NCBI RefSeq assembly: GCF_009914755.1 | Contig: NC_060938.1 | From: the human T2T-CHM13v2.0 reference genome, Homo sapiens | Reading direction: 5' to 3' (one strand) | Length of the DNA: 64,000 nt | Shown: positions 1 through 14,100 of the stretch, piece after piece | Layout: every line of letters starts with the position of its first letter | Position numbering within the stretch: position 1 is the stretch's first letter | The notes under the pieces: model-generated | The model's input: only the letters and a program-made list of their open reading frames with translations | Databases searched by the model: none | Told to the model about the DNA's origin: nothing | Program-made: the position numbers and the translations under genes

Positions 1-890
1 AATGTTGACCTGATAGAATGGATTGGAATGTCCCCTTCTGGTTTTTGAACATTTTTGGAATATTTTGCAGAGGATTGGCATTAATTCTTCTTGAAATGTT
101 TGGTAAAATTCTCCAGTGAAGTTATCTGGACCTGGAATTTTCTTTTTTGGGGGGTTTTTGATTACTGGTTGAATCTTCTTACTAGTTACAGGTCTCTTTG
201 GATTTTTTATTTCTCCGTGATTCAGTATGGTGGTTTGTGTTTCTAGGAATTTATAAATTTATTCTAGGTTGCCCAGTTTTGTGGCATACGGTTGCTCACA
301 TTAGTCTCTTGTAATCTTTTTCATTTCTGTGGCATCTGTTGTACTGTCACCTCTTTTATTTACGATTTTAGTATTTGAGATTTCTCTTTTTTTCTTAATA
401 TAGCTGTGAGTTTTAAAATTGTTATTGATCTTTAAAAAAAACTCAGTGTGTTTTTTTTTCCTTTTTTTTCTGGTATTATTCTGCTTATCTCTGCTCTAAT
501 CTGTTATTTTCTTCCTTTTGCTTGGTTTGTCATTAGTTTTTTTTTTTCCCCCCCCTTCAGGTGTAATGTTAGGTTATTGATTTGAGATCTTTCTTCTTTT
601 TAATTTAAGCACCTGCAGCTATAAGCTTCCCTTTAGCATGGGTTTGAGATCTTTCTTCTTTTTAATTTAAGCATCTGCGGCTGTAAGCTTCCCTTTAGCA
701 TGGGTTTGAGATCTTTCTTCTTTTTAATTTAAGCATCTGCAGCTGTAAGCTTCCTTTTAGCACGGGTATGAGGTCTTTCTTCTTTTTAATTTAAGCATCT
801 GCAGCTGTAAGCTTCCCTTTAGCACTGCCTTTGTTGCCTCCTCCTGAGTTTGGGTATGTCATGGTTTTCTTTTCGTTTGCTTAAACATTT
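1..890 (-). mobile_element. Old L1 (L1M-type) ORF2-region fragment, antisense
   Basis: T-rich strand with typical antisense L1 phrases (ggcattaattcttcttgaaatgtttggtaaaattctccagtgaag...; tttgagatctttcttcttttt...gcttccctttagcactgc). Boundaries approximate. Confidence 0.75.
581..824 (+). repeat. 62-bp tandem repeat, ~4 copies, derived from L1 sequence
   Basis: Unit tttgagatctttcttctttttaatttaagcatctgcagctgtaagcttccctttagcatggg starts at 581, 643, 705 and 767. Confidence 0.95.
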
Positions 891-1011
891 TTTGTCCTAT
901 TGTAATATAATTGCATTGTTTTTAATAAAGGTAATTAATGAAACACATAATGAATTTTGCTTCTGTTTTTATAATATTTTAAGCATTCTTAACTCAGAAA
1001 TGTAAATTTTA

Positions 1012-1345
<334 letters not shown>

Positions 1346-1485
1346 TCAGACATATTTATATGTATTTCAATTTAGAAACTATGATCTCCTAAGTGTATTG
1401 ACACAACAACCTGACATAAAGATAAAGAATAATAAGCATATAACAAAACGGAAACTTGCAAATACCTGTTTTTTATTAATTTTTA

Positions 1486-2436
<951 letters not shown>

Positions 2437-2560
2437 AATATATACATCTTAATGGGTTTAGTAATAAGTATTCTCCCCAGGACTCATCACAACAAATAAT
2501 GCCGTAAACTTGACCATCACTCCCCATATATTTCTCATTCTCACGCTTTTTAAAAAATGA

Positions 2561-2868
<308 letters not shown>

Positions 2869-3140
2869 TCACCTAAAATATACCCTCTTAAGTTTTTTTT
2901 TAAGTGTACAATACAGGACGGCCATGCATCAGAGATATATGTGGGTTTGGTTCCAGACCACTGCAATAAAGTGAGTTATACAATTTCTTTTGGTTTCCCA
3001 GTGCATGTAAAAGTATGTTTATACTGTGCTGTATAAAGTGTGCAACAGCATATGTCTACAAAGTGTGCATACTTTAATTTACAAATACTTTATTGTTAAC
3101 AAGTGCTAACAGTCATCTGAGCCTTCAGAAAACTGCAATC

Positions 3141-3408
3141 TTTTTTTGTGTGTGTGACAGGGTTTTACTCTGTGGCTCAGGCTGGAGTAATTGCAGCCTC
3201 AACCTCATGCTCGATCAAACCTCCACCTCAGACTCCTGACTAGCTGGGACTACAGGTGCATGCCACCATGTCCAGCTAATTCTTGTATTTTTTTTTTTTG
3301 TAGAGATGAGGTTTTGCCATGTTGCCTTGACGTCCTGGGCTCAAGCAATCCACACAACTTGGCCTCCCAAGTTGTTGGGATGACAGGTGTGAGCCACTGC
3401 ACCTGGCC
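3141..3408 (-). mobile_element. AluJ-like, antisense, inside Tigger1
   Basis: AluJ-type motifs gcagcctcaacctc and ctgggctcaagcaatcc; ends cacctggcc; small internal deletions. Confidence 0.85.
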
Positions 3409-3610
3409 AAGTTTCAGTCTTCTTGCTGATGGAGGGACTTGCCTTAATGTAAGGTGGTGGTTGCTGAGCGTTGGGGTGGCTGTGGCAATTTCTTAAAATA
3501 AGACAACATTGAAGTTTGCTGTGTCAATTGACTCTCCGTTTCACAAAAGAATTATCTGTAGCATACGATGTTGTTTGATAGCTTTTTACCCACAGTAGAA
3601 CTTTCAAAAT

Positions 3611-3733
3611 TGGATTCAATCCTGTCAGACCTTCGTACTGCTGTACCAACTAAGTTTATGTATTATTGTAAATCACTGGGTTCAATCCTGTCAAGCCCTC
3701 CTTCTGCTGTACCAACTAAGTTTATTCTAAATC
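3611..3733 (+). repeat. 66-bp tandem duplication inside Tigger1
   Basis: tgg.ttcaatcctgtca...ctgctgtaccaactaagtttat at 3611 and 3677. Confidence 0.85.
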
Positions 3734-3995
3734 TGTTGTCATCTCAACAATGTTTACACTGTCTTCACCACGAGTAGATTTCATCTCAAGAAACCACTTT
3801 CTTTGCTCATCCGTGGAAGCAACTCATCCACTCACGTTTTCTCTGGAGGCTGCTGCGGTCTCCCCACATCTTCAGGCTCTGTCTCTGTTTCTAGTGCTCT
3901 TGTTATTTCCACCATATCTGCAGTTACTTCCTACAGAGAAGTCGTGAACCCCTCAGTGTCATCTGTGAGGGTTGGAATAATCTTCCCAACTTCTC

Positions 3996-4382
<387 letters not shown>

Positions 4383-4667
4383 TAGGTTTTCAATTATTTT
4401 GCCCAGATCTATCAAAGGAATCACTTTCTAGAGAAGCTATAGCTTTATGAAATATATTTTTAAGTGATAAAACTTGAAAGTTGAAATTATTCTGTGATCC
4501 AAGGGCACTAGAATGAATGTTGGGTTAGTAGGCATGAAAACAATATTCAGCTCTTTATACATCTCTGTAAAAGCCCTTGAGTACCAGGGGCATTGTCAGT
4601 GAGCGGTAATACTTTGAAAGTAATCTTATTTCTTGAGCAGTAGGTGTCAACAGTGGGCTTAAGATAT

Positions 4668-4913
4668 TCAGTAAACCATATTTGTAAACCGATAGTCTGT
4701 CATCCAGGCTTTGTTCCCATTTGTAGAGTACAGGCAGAGCTGTGTTTTATCATAATTCTTCAGGGCCCTTGGATTTTCAGAATAGTAAATCATCATTGGT
4801 TTCAAGTTAACATCACCAACTGCATTAGCCCTTAACAAAAGAGTCAGCATGTCCTTTGAAGCCTTAAAGCCAGGCATCAACTCCTCTCTAGCTGGGAACA
4901 TCCTAGATGGCAT
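4668..4913 (-). pseudogene. Degenerate Tigger1 transposase fragment (pogo/CENP-B-like DDE domain)
   Basis: ORF translation [60 protein letters not shown] matches the Tigger1 transposase motif; the rest of the frame is disrupted. Confidence 0.88.
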
Positions 4914-5152
4914 CTCCTTCTAGTAGAAGGCTGTTTTGTCTCCATTGCAAATCTGTTTAGTGTAGCCATCTTAATCAGTTATCTTCTAGATAGCTTTCTG
5001 CAGGTTTTCCATCAGTACTCGCTGCTTTATCTTGCGCTTTTATGTTATGGAGATGACTTTTTTCCTTAAACCTCAAGAAACAAGCTCTTCTAGCTTCAGA
5101 CTTTTCTTCTGCAGCTGCCTCACCTCTCTGAGTCTTCATAGAATTGAAGAGA

Positions 5153-5460
<308 letters not shown>

Positions 5461-6433
5461 AAGAGAGGCTTAGGCTTAATGGAATTTTTTTTTCATCTTC
5501 TATCTAGACCAATTAAACTTTCTTCATAACAGCAGCAAGACTGTTTAGCTTTTTATCATTCATGTGTTCACTGGAGTAGTACTTTAAATTTCTTTCCAGA
5601 ACACTTCCTTTGCATTCACAACTTGGCTAAGTGTTTGTTGCATGAGGTCTAGCTACTGGCCTGTCTTGCTTACAGCATGCCTTCCTCACTAAGCTTAATT
5701 ATTTCTTCCTTTTGGTTTAAAGTGACAGACATGCAACTCTTCTTTCACTTGAACATATAGAGGCTATTGTAGGGTTATTAATTGGCCACATTTTAATATT
5801 AATAAAAAGAAGCCTGAGAAAAAGAGAGAGAAAGAGAAATGGCCCGTTGGTGGGGCAGTCAGAACAAACGCATTTGTCAATTGTTTGCGGTCTTATCCGG
5901 GTGTGATTTGTGGTTCCCAAAACAATGACAACAGTAGCATTAAAGATCACTGATTACAGATCACCATAACAGATTCAATAATAAAAAGCTTAAAATACTG
6001 TGAGAATGCCGAAATGTGACACAGAGACGTGAAGTGAGCACATGCTCTAGGAACAATGGTGCCAGTGAGACCTGCTTATTGCAGGGTGGCCACAAACTTT
6101 CAATATGTAAAAAACATGGTCACAAAACACAATAAAGCAAAGTGCAGTGAAACAAGATGTGTCTGTCTTTTGATAGGCTCTGACAATCTCTATCTTTGAA
6201 TTGGTACATTCATACTATTAACATTCAAAGTGATTATTGATATCATTGGATTAATATATATTATATTTGTTACTGTTTTCTATTCATTCTCCTCAGTCTT
6301 CATTCTTTTGTCTACCACTCTTTTTCTGCCTTTTGCAGTTTTCATTGATGATTTTAGATGACTACATTTTCCGTCTTTTTTAGCATGTACTTCTCTTTTT
6401 AAAATTTTTTTTAACTATTTGCCACAGAATTTG

Positions 6434-6631
6434 CAATATACATTTACAACCAATTCAAGTCCACTTTCAAATAACACTATCCCACTATCCCACAAATAGG
6501 ACTACCTGCTTAACAAACAAAACACCTAATTCCTCAATATACATTTACAACCAATTCAAGTCCACTTTCAGATAACACTATCCCACTTCACGGGTGACTA
6601 CCTGCTTAACAAAGAAAACACCTGATTCCTC
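6434..6631 (+). repeat. ~101-bp tandem duplication
   Basis: caatatacatttacaaccaattcaagtccactttca.ataacactatcccact...gactacctgcttaacaaa at 6434 and 6535. Confidence 0.92.
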
Positions 6632-6944
6632 CCTCCCATCCTTCCATTCCATTCCTTGTATTATTGTTCCTTATTTCCCTTGTGTATAAGCATACATAAT
6701 CTATCTGTGTGTATTTATTGTTATCTACAAACTTATTGGTCAGATCAATTATGAATAAATACATGTTTTTATTTTACCACAATTCCTCCCTCCCATCCTT
6801 CCATTGCATTCCTTGTATTAGTGTTACTCATTTCACTTGTGTATAAGCATACATAATCTATCTGTGTGTATTTGTTATTGTCTGTGAACTTCTTGGTCAG
6901 ATCAATTAAGAATAAATATATAGGTTTTTATTGTACCGCAATTC
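6625..6944 (+). repeat. ~157-bp tandem duplication
   Basis: attcctccctcccatccttccatt.cattccttgtatta...catacataatctatctgtgtgtattt...ttggtcagatcaatta at 6625 and 6782. Confidence 0.92.
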
Positions 6945-7985
6945 TTTCTTTAATGATCTTTTTAAAAAATTGTTGATCCAAGTTTCAGTTAAATATCTTT
7001 TGTTTCCCTCTAAAGAATTTCATTTAACATTTCTTGCAAGACAGGTCTCCTGGCAACAAGTTTCTTGAATTTTTATTTTTCTGAGGAAGGCCTTAATTCT
7101 CCTTCACTTTTGAAGGGTGGTTTCAGTGTGTACAGAAACTTAGGTTGGTGGAGTTTTTTCTGTCAATATTTTCAATTTTTCATTTCACTGTCTTCTTGCT
7201 TTCACAATTTCTGCAATGTTGAATGCCGTTCTTATCTTTGTGTCTCTGTAGGTAAGGTGTTTTCTGCCCCACCTCTGGTTTCTTTCAGAGTTTTCCTTTA
7301 TCTTTTATTTCATATAGTTTGAAAATTATATGTCCAAGTGTAGGTTGTTGGCATTTATTCTGCATGGTGTTCTCAGAGCTTCCTGGATCTTTGGTTTGGT
7401 GTCTGACATTAATACTGGAAGTTCTCAGACATGGTAGTTGCAGAACTTTCTTCTATTTCTTCTCCTCCTGGTATTCTCATTACTCTGTTTCACCTTTTGT
7501 AGTTGTCCCACAGTCTTGGATATCATCTTCTGTTCTTTTCAGTGTTTCTTTTCTTTAGTTTTTGAAGTTTCTGATGATAAATCCTCAAGCTCAGAGACTC
7601 TTTACTCAGCTGAGTCCAGTCTACTAATAAGCCATCAGAGGTATTCTTCAGTTATTTACCACATTTTTTATCACTACATTATGTTGAAGGTTCTTACGAT
7701 GTCTGTCTTTCTGATTACATTACCCATCTACACTTGAATGCTGTCTACTTCATTCATTAGAGCCCTTAACATATTCTCCAGAGGTTTAAAAAAAATCCAA
7801 AATCATATTTTTGTCTGCTTCTGAAGCTTGCTCTGTTGACACAAATTGTATTTTTTTCTTTTTTTGGACTTTAGTATGCCTTGCAATTTGTTCCCTTTAT
7901 TCTCATGCATGAAGTACCCACGAAAAGTGACTGCTGTTAGTATAGCTTCAGTAATGTGGTGATGAGGTGACAGGGCAGCTGATGC

Positions 7986-8123
7986 TCTCTTAGTCTCTTT
8001 AGGCTACTATAACAAAATACTTTAGACTGAGTAATTCATAAACAACAGAGATTATTGCTCACAGATCTGGAGGCTGGAAAGTCCAAGACTAAAGGGCCAG
8101 GATATTTGGTGTTTGGTGAAGGT
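7986..8123 (-). mobile_element. ERVL-MaLR LTR 3' fragment (MSTD/MLT1A-type), truncated at the satellite edge
   Basis: tcttagtc...gctactataacaaaatac..tagactgagtaattcataaacaacagagattattgctcacagatctggaggctggaaagtccaaga...tttggtgtttggtgaagg matches the reverse complement of the MST/MLT1A LTR 3' ~135 bp. Confidence 0.85.
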
Positions 8124-11100
8124 CAAACATTCAGACACTTGCAACGACTATAGTGACAGCAGCAGTCTTCAGAAATCCTATGTGAGGGACAAACACTCAG
8201 AAGCCAGCTGGAGTGTTCTAGAATCCTATGTGAGGGAAAAACATTCAGACCCCAGCAGTAGTGTTGTGGAATCCTATGTGAGGGAAGAACATTCAAACCC
8301 TTGTAGCAGTGTTCTGGAATCCTATGTGAGGGAAAAAAATTCAGAACCTCGTAGCAGTGTTCTGGAATCCTATGTGAGGAACAATCAGACCACATCAGGA
8401 ATGTTCTGGAATCCTATGTGAGGGACAAACATTCAGAGTACAGCAGGAGTGTTCTGGAATCCTATGTGTGGGAGAAACATTCAGACCACAGCAGGAGTGC
8501 TCTGCAATCCTATGTGAGGGACAAACATTTCAAAACCTCGTAGCAGTGTGCTGGAATGTTATGTCAGGGACAGACATTTAGACCCTCACAGCAGTGTTCT
8601 GGAATCCCATCTGCGGGACAAACATTCAGACACTCGCAGCAGTGTTCTGGAATTCTATGTGAGGGACAGACATTCAAACCCCAACAGCAGTGTTCTGGAA
8701 TCCTATGTGAGGGACAAACTTTCAGACCCTCGTAGCAGTGTTCTGGAATCCTATCTGAGGGACAAACATTCAGACCCCAGGAGCAGTGCTCTGAAATCCT
8801 AAGTTAAGGGAAACATTGAGACCCCAGCACGAATGTTCTGGAATCCTATGTGAGGGACAAACATTCAGACCACGGCAGGAGTGTTCTGGAATCCTATGTG
8901 AGGAACAAACATTCAGACCTCAGCAGGAGTGTTCTGGTATCCTATATGAGGGATAAGCATTTAGACCCTCGTAGCAGTGTTCTGGAATCCTATGTGAGGG
9001 AGAAGCATTCAGAGCACAGCAGGAGTGCTCTGGAATCCCATGTTAGGGACAAACATTCAGAACCTGGTACCATTGTGCTGGAAACCTATGTGAGGGACAG
9101 ACATTTAGACCCTCGCAGCAGTGTTCTGGAATCCCATGTGAGGGACAAACATTCAGATCCTCGCAGCAGTGTTCTGGAATACTATGTGAGTGACAAACAT
9201 TCAGACTCCAGCAGCAGTGCTCTGTATTCCTATGTGAAGGACAAACATTCAGAACCCAGGAGCAGTGTTTTGAAATCATATGTTAAGGGCAAACATACAG
9301 ACCCTAGCATCAATGTTCTAGAATCCTATGTGAGGGATATACATTCAGACCCTTGCAGCAGTGTTCTGGAATCCCAGATGGGGGACAAACATTCAGACAA
9401 TGGCAGCAGTGTTCTGGAATCCTATGTGAGGCACAAACACTCAGAGCCTCGTAGTGGTGTTCTGGAATCCTATGTGAGGAACAAACAATCAGACCACAGC
9501 AAGAGTGTTCTGGAATCCTTTGTTAGGGACAAACATTCAGATCACAGCAGCAGAGTTCTGGAATCCTATGTGAAGGACAAACATTCAGACCCTCGTAGCA
9601 ATGTTCTGGAATCCTAAGTGAGGGACAAACTTTCAGACAACAGCTAGAGTGTTCTGGAATCCAATGTGAGGGACAAACATTCAGACCCTCGTAGTAATTT
9701 TCTGGAACCCTAAGTGAGGGACAAACATTCAGACCCTCTTAGCAGTGTTCTGGAATCCTATATGAGGGACAAAGATTCAGACCCTCTTAGCAGTTTTCTG
9801 GAATTCTATATGAGAGGGAGAAAGATTCAGACCCTTGTAGCAGTGTTCTGGAATCCTGTGTGAGGGACAAACATTCAGACCACAGAAGGACTCTTCTGGA
9901 ATCCTCTGTGGGGAACAAACATTCAGATCCTCATGGCAGTGTTCTAGAATCCTATGTGATGAACAAACATTTAGAACTCCGCAGGAGTTTTCTGTAATCC
10001 TATGTGAGGGACAAACATTCAGACCCTCATAGCAGTGTTCTGGAATCCTGTGTGAAGGATAAATATTGAGAATCCAGCAGAAGTGTTCTGGAATCCCAAG
10101 TGGAGGAACAAATATCCAAAAAACAGCGGGAGTGTTCAGGAATCCTATTTTATGTACCAACATTCAGATCTCGTCGCAGTGTTGTGGAGTTATATGTGAG
10201 GGAGAAACACTCAGAAACCAGCAAGAGTGTTCTGGAACCCTATGTGAGGGACAAACATTCAGACCACAGCAGGATTATTCTGGAATCCTATATGAGGGAC
10301 AAACATTGAGACTACAGCAGGAGTGTTTTGGAATCCTATGTGAAGGACAGACATTCACACCCTCGAAGCAGTGTTCAGGAATTCTATGTGAGGGAAAAAC
10401 ATGGAGACCACAGCAGGAGTGTCCTGGAAACCATTCAGGGGAGCAAATATTCATAACCCCGTAGCAGTGTTCTGGAATCGTATGTGACGGACAAATATTT
10501 AGAGTCCAGCCTCTGTGTTCTGTAATCCTATATGAGGGACAAACATTCAGACCCTCATAGAAGTGTTCTGGAATCCTATGTGAAGGACAAACACTCAGAA
10601 CCCAGCAGTAGTGTTATGAAACCCTTTGTGAGGGACAAATATTCAGACAACAGCAGGATTGTTCTGGAATCCTATGTTAGGGACCAACACTCAGATTACA
10701 GCAGGAGTGTTTTGGAATCCTATGTGAGGGACAAACATTCAGACCATTGTAGCAGTGTTCTGGAATCCTATGTGAGTGACAAACATTCAGACAATCGTAG
10801 CAGTGTTCTGGAATACTATATGAGGGACAAAATTTCAGACCCCAGCAGCAGTGTTCTGGAATTCTATGTGAGGGACAAACATTCAAACAACAACAAGACT
10901 GTTTTGCAACCCTTTGATACAGACAAACATTCAGAACCTGGTCGCATTGTTCTGGAATTCTGTGTGAGGAAGAAACATTGAGAACCCAGCAGAAGTGTTC
11001 TGGAATCCTATGTGACGGACATACTTGTAGACTCCAGCAGCAGTGTTCTGGAATCCTATGTGAGGGACAACGATTCAGACCCCAGCAGCAGTGTTCTGGA

Positions 11101-14100
11101 ATGCTATGTGAGGGACAATCATTCAGACCCTCATAGCAGTGTTCTAGAATTCCTTATGAGGGACAAACTTTCACAACCTCATAGCAGTGTTCTGGAATCC
11201 TATGTGAGGGACAAACATTCAGATCAAGTCAGGAGTGCTCTTGAATCCCCTGTGTGGAACAAACATTCAGACACTCCTAGCAGTGTTCTGGAATCCTATG
11301 TGAGGGAAAATCATTCAAACAAGAGCGGAAGTGTTCTAGAATCCTGTTATGCACAAATATTCAGGCGCTTGTCACATTTTTCTGGAATTCTATGTGAGGG
11401 AGAAACAATGAGTACCCAGCAGCATTGTTCTGGAATGCTCTGTGATGGACAAACACTCAGAACCCAGCAGCAGTGTTCTGGAGCCCTATGTGAGGGACAA
11501 ACAATCAGACCACAGCAGGATTGTTCTGGAATCATATGTGAGGGAGAAACACTCAGAAAACAGCATTAGTGTTTTGCAATCCTATGGGAGGGACAACATT
11601 CACACCCTTGTAGCAGAGTTCTGGAATCCTGTGTGAGGGACAAACATTCAGACCACTGCAGGATTGTTCAGGAATCCTATCTGAGGGACAAACATGCAGA
11701 CCCTCACAGCAGTGTTCTGGAATCCTATATGAGGAATAAGCATTCAGACCATCGTAGCAGTGTTCTGGAATTCTGTGTGAGAGACAAACATTCAGACCCA
11801 AGAAGCAGTATTCTGCAATCCTACGTGAGAGAAAAACATTCTAACAACAGCTGGAGTGTTCTGGAATCCTATGTTACGGACAAACATTAGACACCCGTCG
11901 CAGTCTTCTGCAAATCTATATGAGGGAGAAACACTCAGAACCCAGCAGTAGTGTTCTGGAATCCTATGTGATTGACATACATGTAGACCCAGCAGTAGTG
12001 TTCTGGAATCCTATGGGAAGGAAAAACATTCAGACCCCAGCAGCAGTGTTCTGCAATCCTATGGGAGGGACAATCATTCAGACCCTCGTAGCAGTGTTCA
12101 GGAATTCTGTGTGAGAATCAAACCTTCAGACCCTCATAGCAGTGTTCTGGAATCATATGTGAGGAACAAACATTCAGACCCTCATAGGAGTGTTCTGGAA
12201 TCCTGTGTGAGGGACAATCATTCAGACCCTCGTCACAGTGTTCTGTAATTCTATGTGAGGGAGAAACACTCACAACCCAGCAGCAGTATTCTGTAATCCT
12301 ATGTGACGGACATACATGTAGGCCCCAGCAGCAGTGTTCTGGAATCCTATGTGAAGCACAAACATTGAGACCAAAGCAGCAGTGTTCTGGAATCCTATCT
12401 GAGGGAAAATCATTCGGACCCTCGTAGTAGTGTTCCGGAATTCTCTGAGGGAAAAACATTCAGACCCTCATAGGAGAGTTCTGGAATCCTGTTTGATCAA
12501 CAAACATTCAGATCACAGCAAGAGTGTGCTGGAATCACCTGTGAAGAACAAACATTCATACCCTTAAAGCAGTGTTTAGGAATCCTATGTGACGGACAAA
12601 CATTTGGACCCCAGCAGCAGTGTTCTGAAATCTTATGTGAGGGAAAAACATTCAGACCCTCCTAGCAGTGTTATGGAATCCTATGTAAGGTACAAACATT
12701 CAGCCCACAGCAGGAGTGTTCTGGAATCCTATGTGAGGGACAAACATTCAGACTATCGTAACAGTGTTCTGGAATCCTTTATGAGGGACAAACATTTGGA
12801 CACTCGTAGCAGTGTTCTACAATTCTATGTGAGGGAAAAACATTCAGACAATCATAGAAGTGTTCTGGAATCACACGTGAGGGACAAACATCCAGACTCT
12901 TGTAGCAGGGTTCTGGAATCCTATGTGAGGACAAACAATCAAGCTAGGAGCAGTATTCTGGAATCCTAAGTGACGGACATATATATAGACCCCAGCAGCA
13001 TTGTTTTGGAATCCCATGTGAGGAACAAACATTCAGACCCTCGCAGCAGTGTTCCGGAATCGTATGTGACGGACAAAAATTCAGACCCTCGTAACAGTGT
13101 TCTCCAATTCTACGTGAGGGACAAACATTCAGACAATCGTAGCAGTGTTCTGGAATCCTATGTGAGGGTCAAACATTCAGACCCCAGCAGCAGTGTTCTG
13201 GAATCCTATGTGAGGGACAAGCATTCAAACAACAGCGAGAGTGCTCTGGAGTCCTATGTTACGGACAAACATTCAGACGCTCCACGCACTGTGCTGGAAT
13301 TCTATGTGAGGGAGAAACACTGAGAACCCAGTACCTGTGTTCTCAAACCCTATGTAAGGGACAAACATTAAGACCACAGCAGGACTGTTCTGGAATCCTA
13401 TGTGAGGGACAATCACACAGATCAAAGCAGAAGTGTTTTGGAATCTTATGTGAGGGACAAACATTCATATCCTCATAGCAGTGTTCTGGAATCCTATTTA
13501 CGGACAAACATTCAGACTCTCGTCGCAGTGTTCTTTATTTCTACGTGAGGAAGTAACACTCAGAACCGAGTAGCAGTGTCATGGAATCCTATGTGATAGA
13601 CATGAATGTGAACCCCTGCAGCAGTGTTCTGGAATCCTGTGTGAGGGACAAACATTCAGAAACCAGCAGCAGTGTTAGGGAATCCTATGTGAGAGACAAT
13701 CATTCAGACCCTCGTAGCAGTGATCTGGAATTCTGTTTGAGGGACCAACATTCAGAACCCAGTAGCAGTGTTCTGGAATCCTGTGTGAGGGACAAACATT
13801 CAGACACCAGCAGCAAAGTTCTCGAAACCTATGAGAGGGCCAATCTTTCAGACACTTGTAGCAGTGTTCTGGAATTCTTTGTTAGGGACAAACATTGAGA
13901 CCTGCGTAGCATTGTTCTGGATTCCTGCAGGAGGGACATTCAGACCACAGCAGGAGTGTTCTGGAATCCACTGTGAAGAACAAACATTCAGACCCTCTTA
14001 GCAATGTTCTGGAATCCTATGTAATAGATAAATATTTATATCCGACGAGCAGTGTTCTGAAATCCTAGGTGAGGGACAAACATTCAGAACCTCGTAGCAA

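Larger units (their letters stand above)
6166..7900 (-). mobile_element. Old L1 (L1M-type) ORF1/inter-ORF region fragment, antisense
   Basis: tctgacaatctctatctttgaattgg...gtgattattgatat; tttaacatttcttgcaagacaggtct..ggcaacaa..; aatcctcaagctcagagactctttactcagctgagtccagtctactaataagcc. Boundaries approximate. Confidence 0.7.

Noticed and set aside
4668-4913. CENP-B-like/TIGD gene beside a pericentromeric satellite
   Set aside because: It is a decayed Tigger1 transposase interrupted by Alus and frameshifts. Tigger1 is common genome-wide, so proximity is uninformative.
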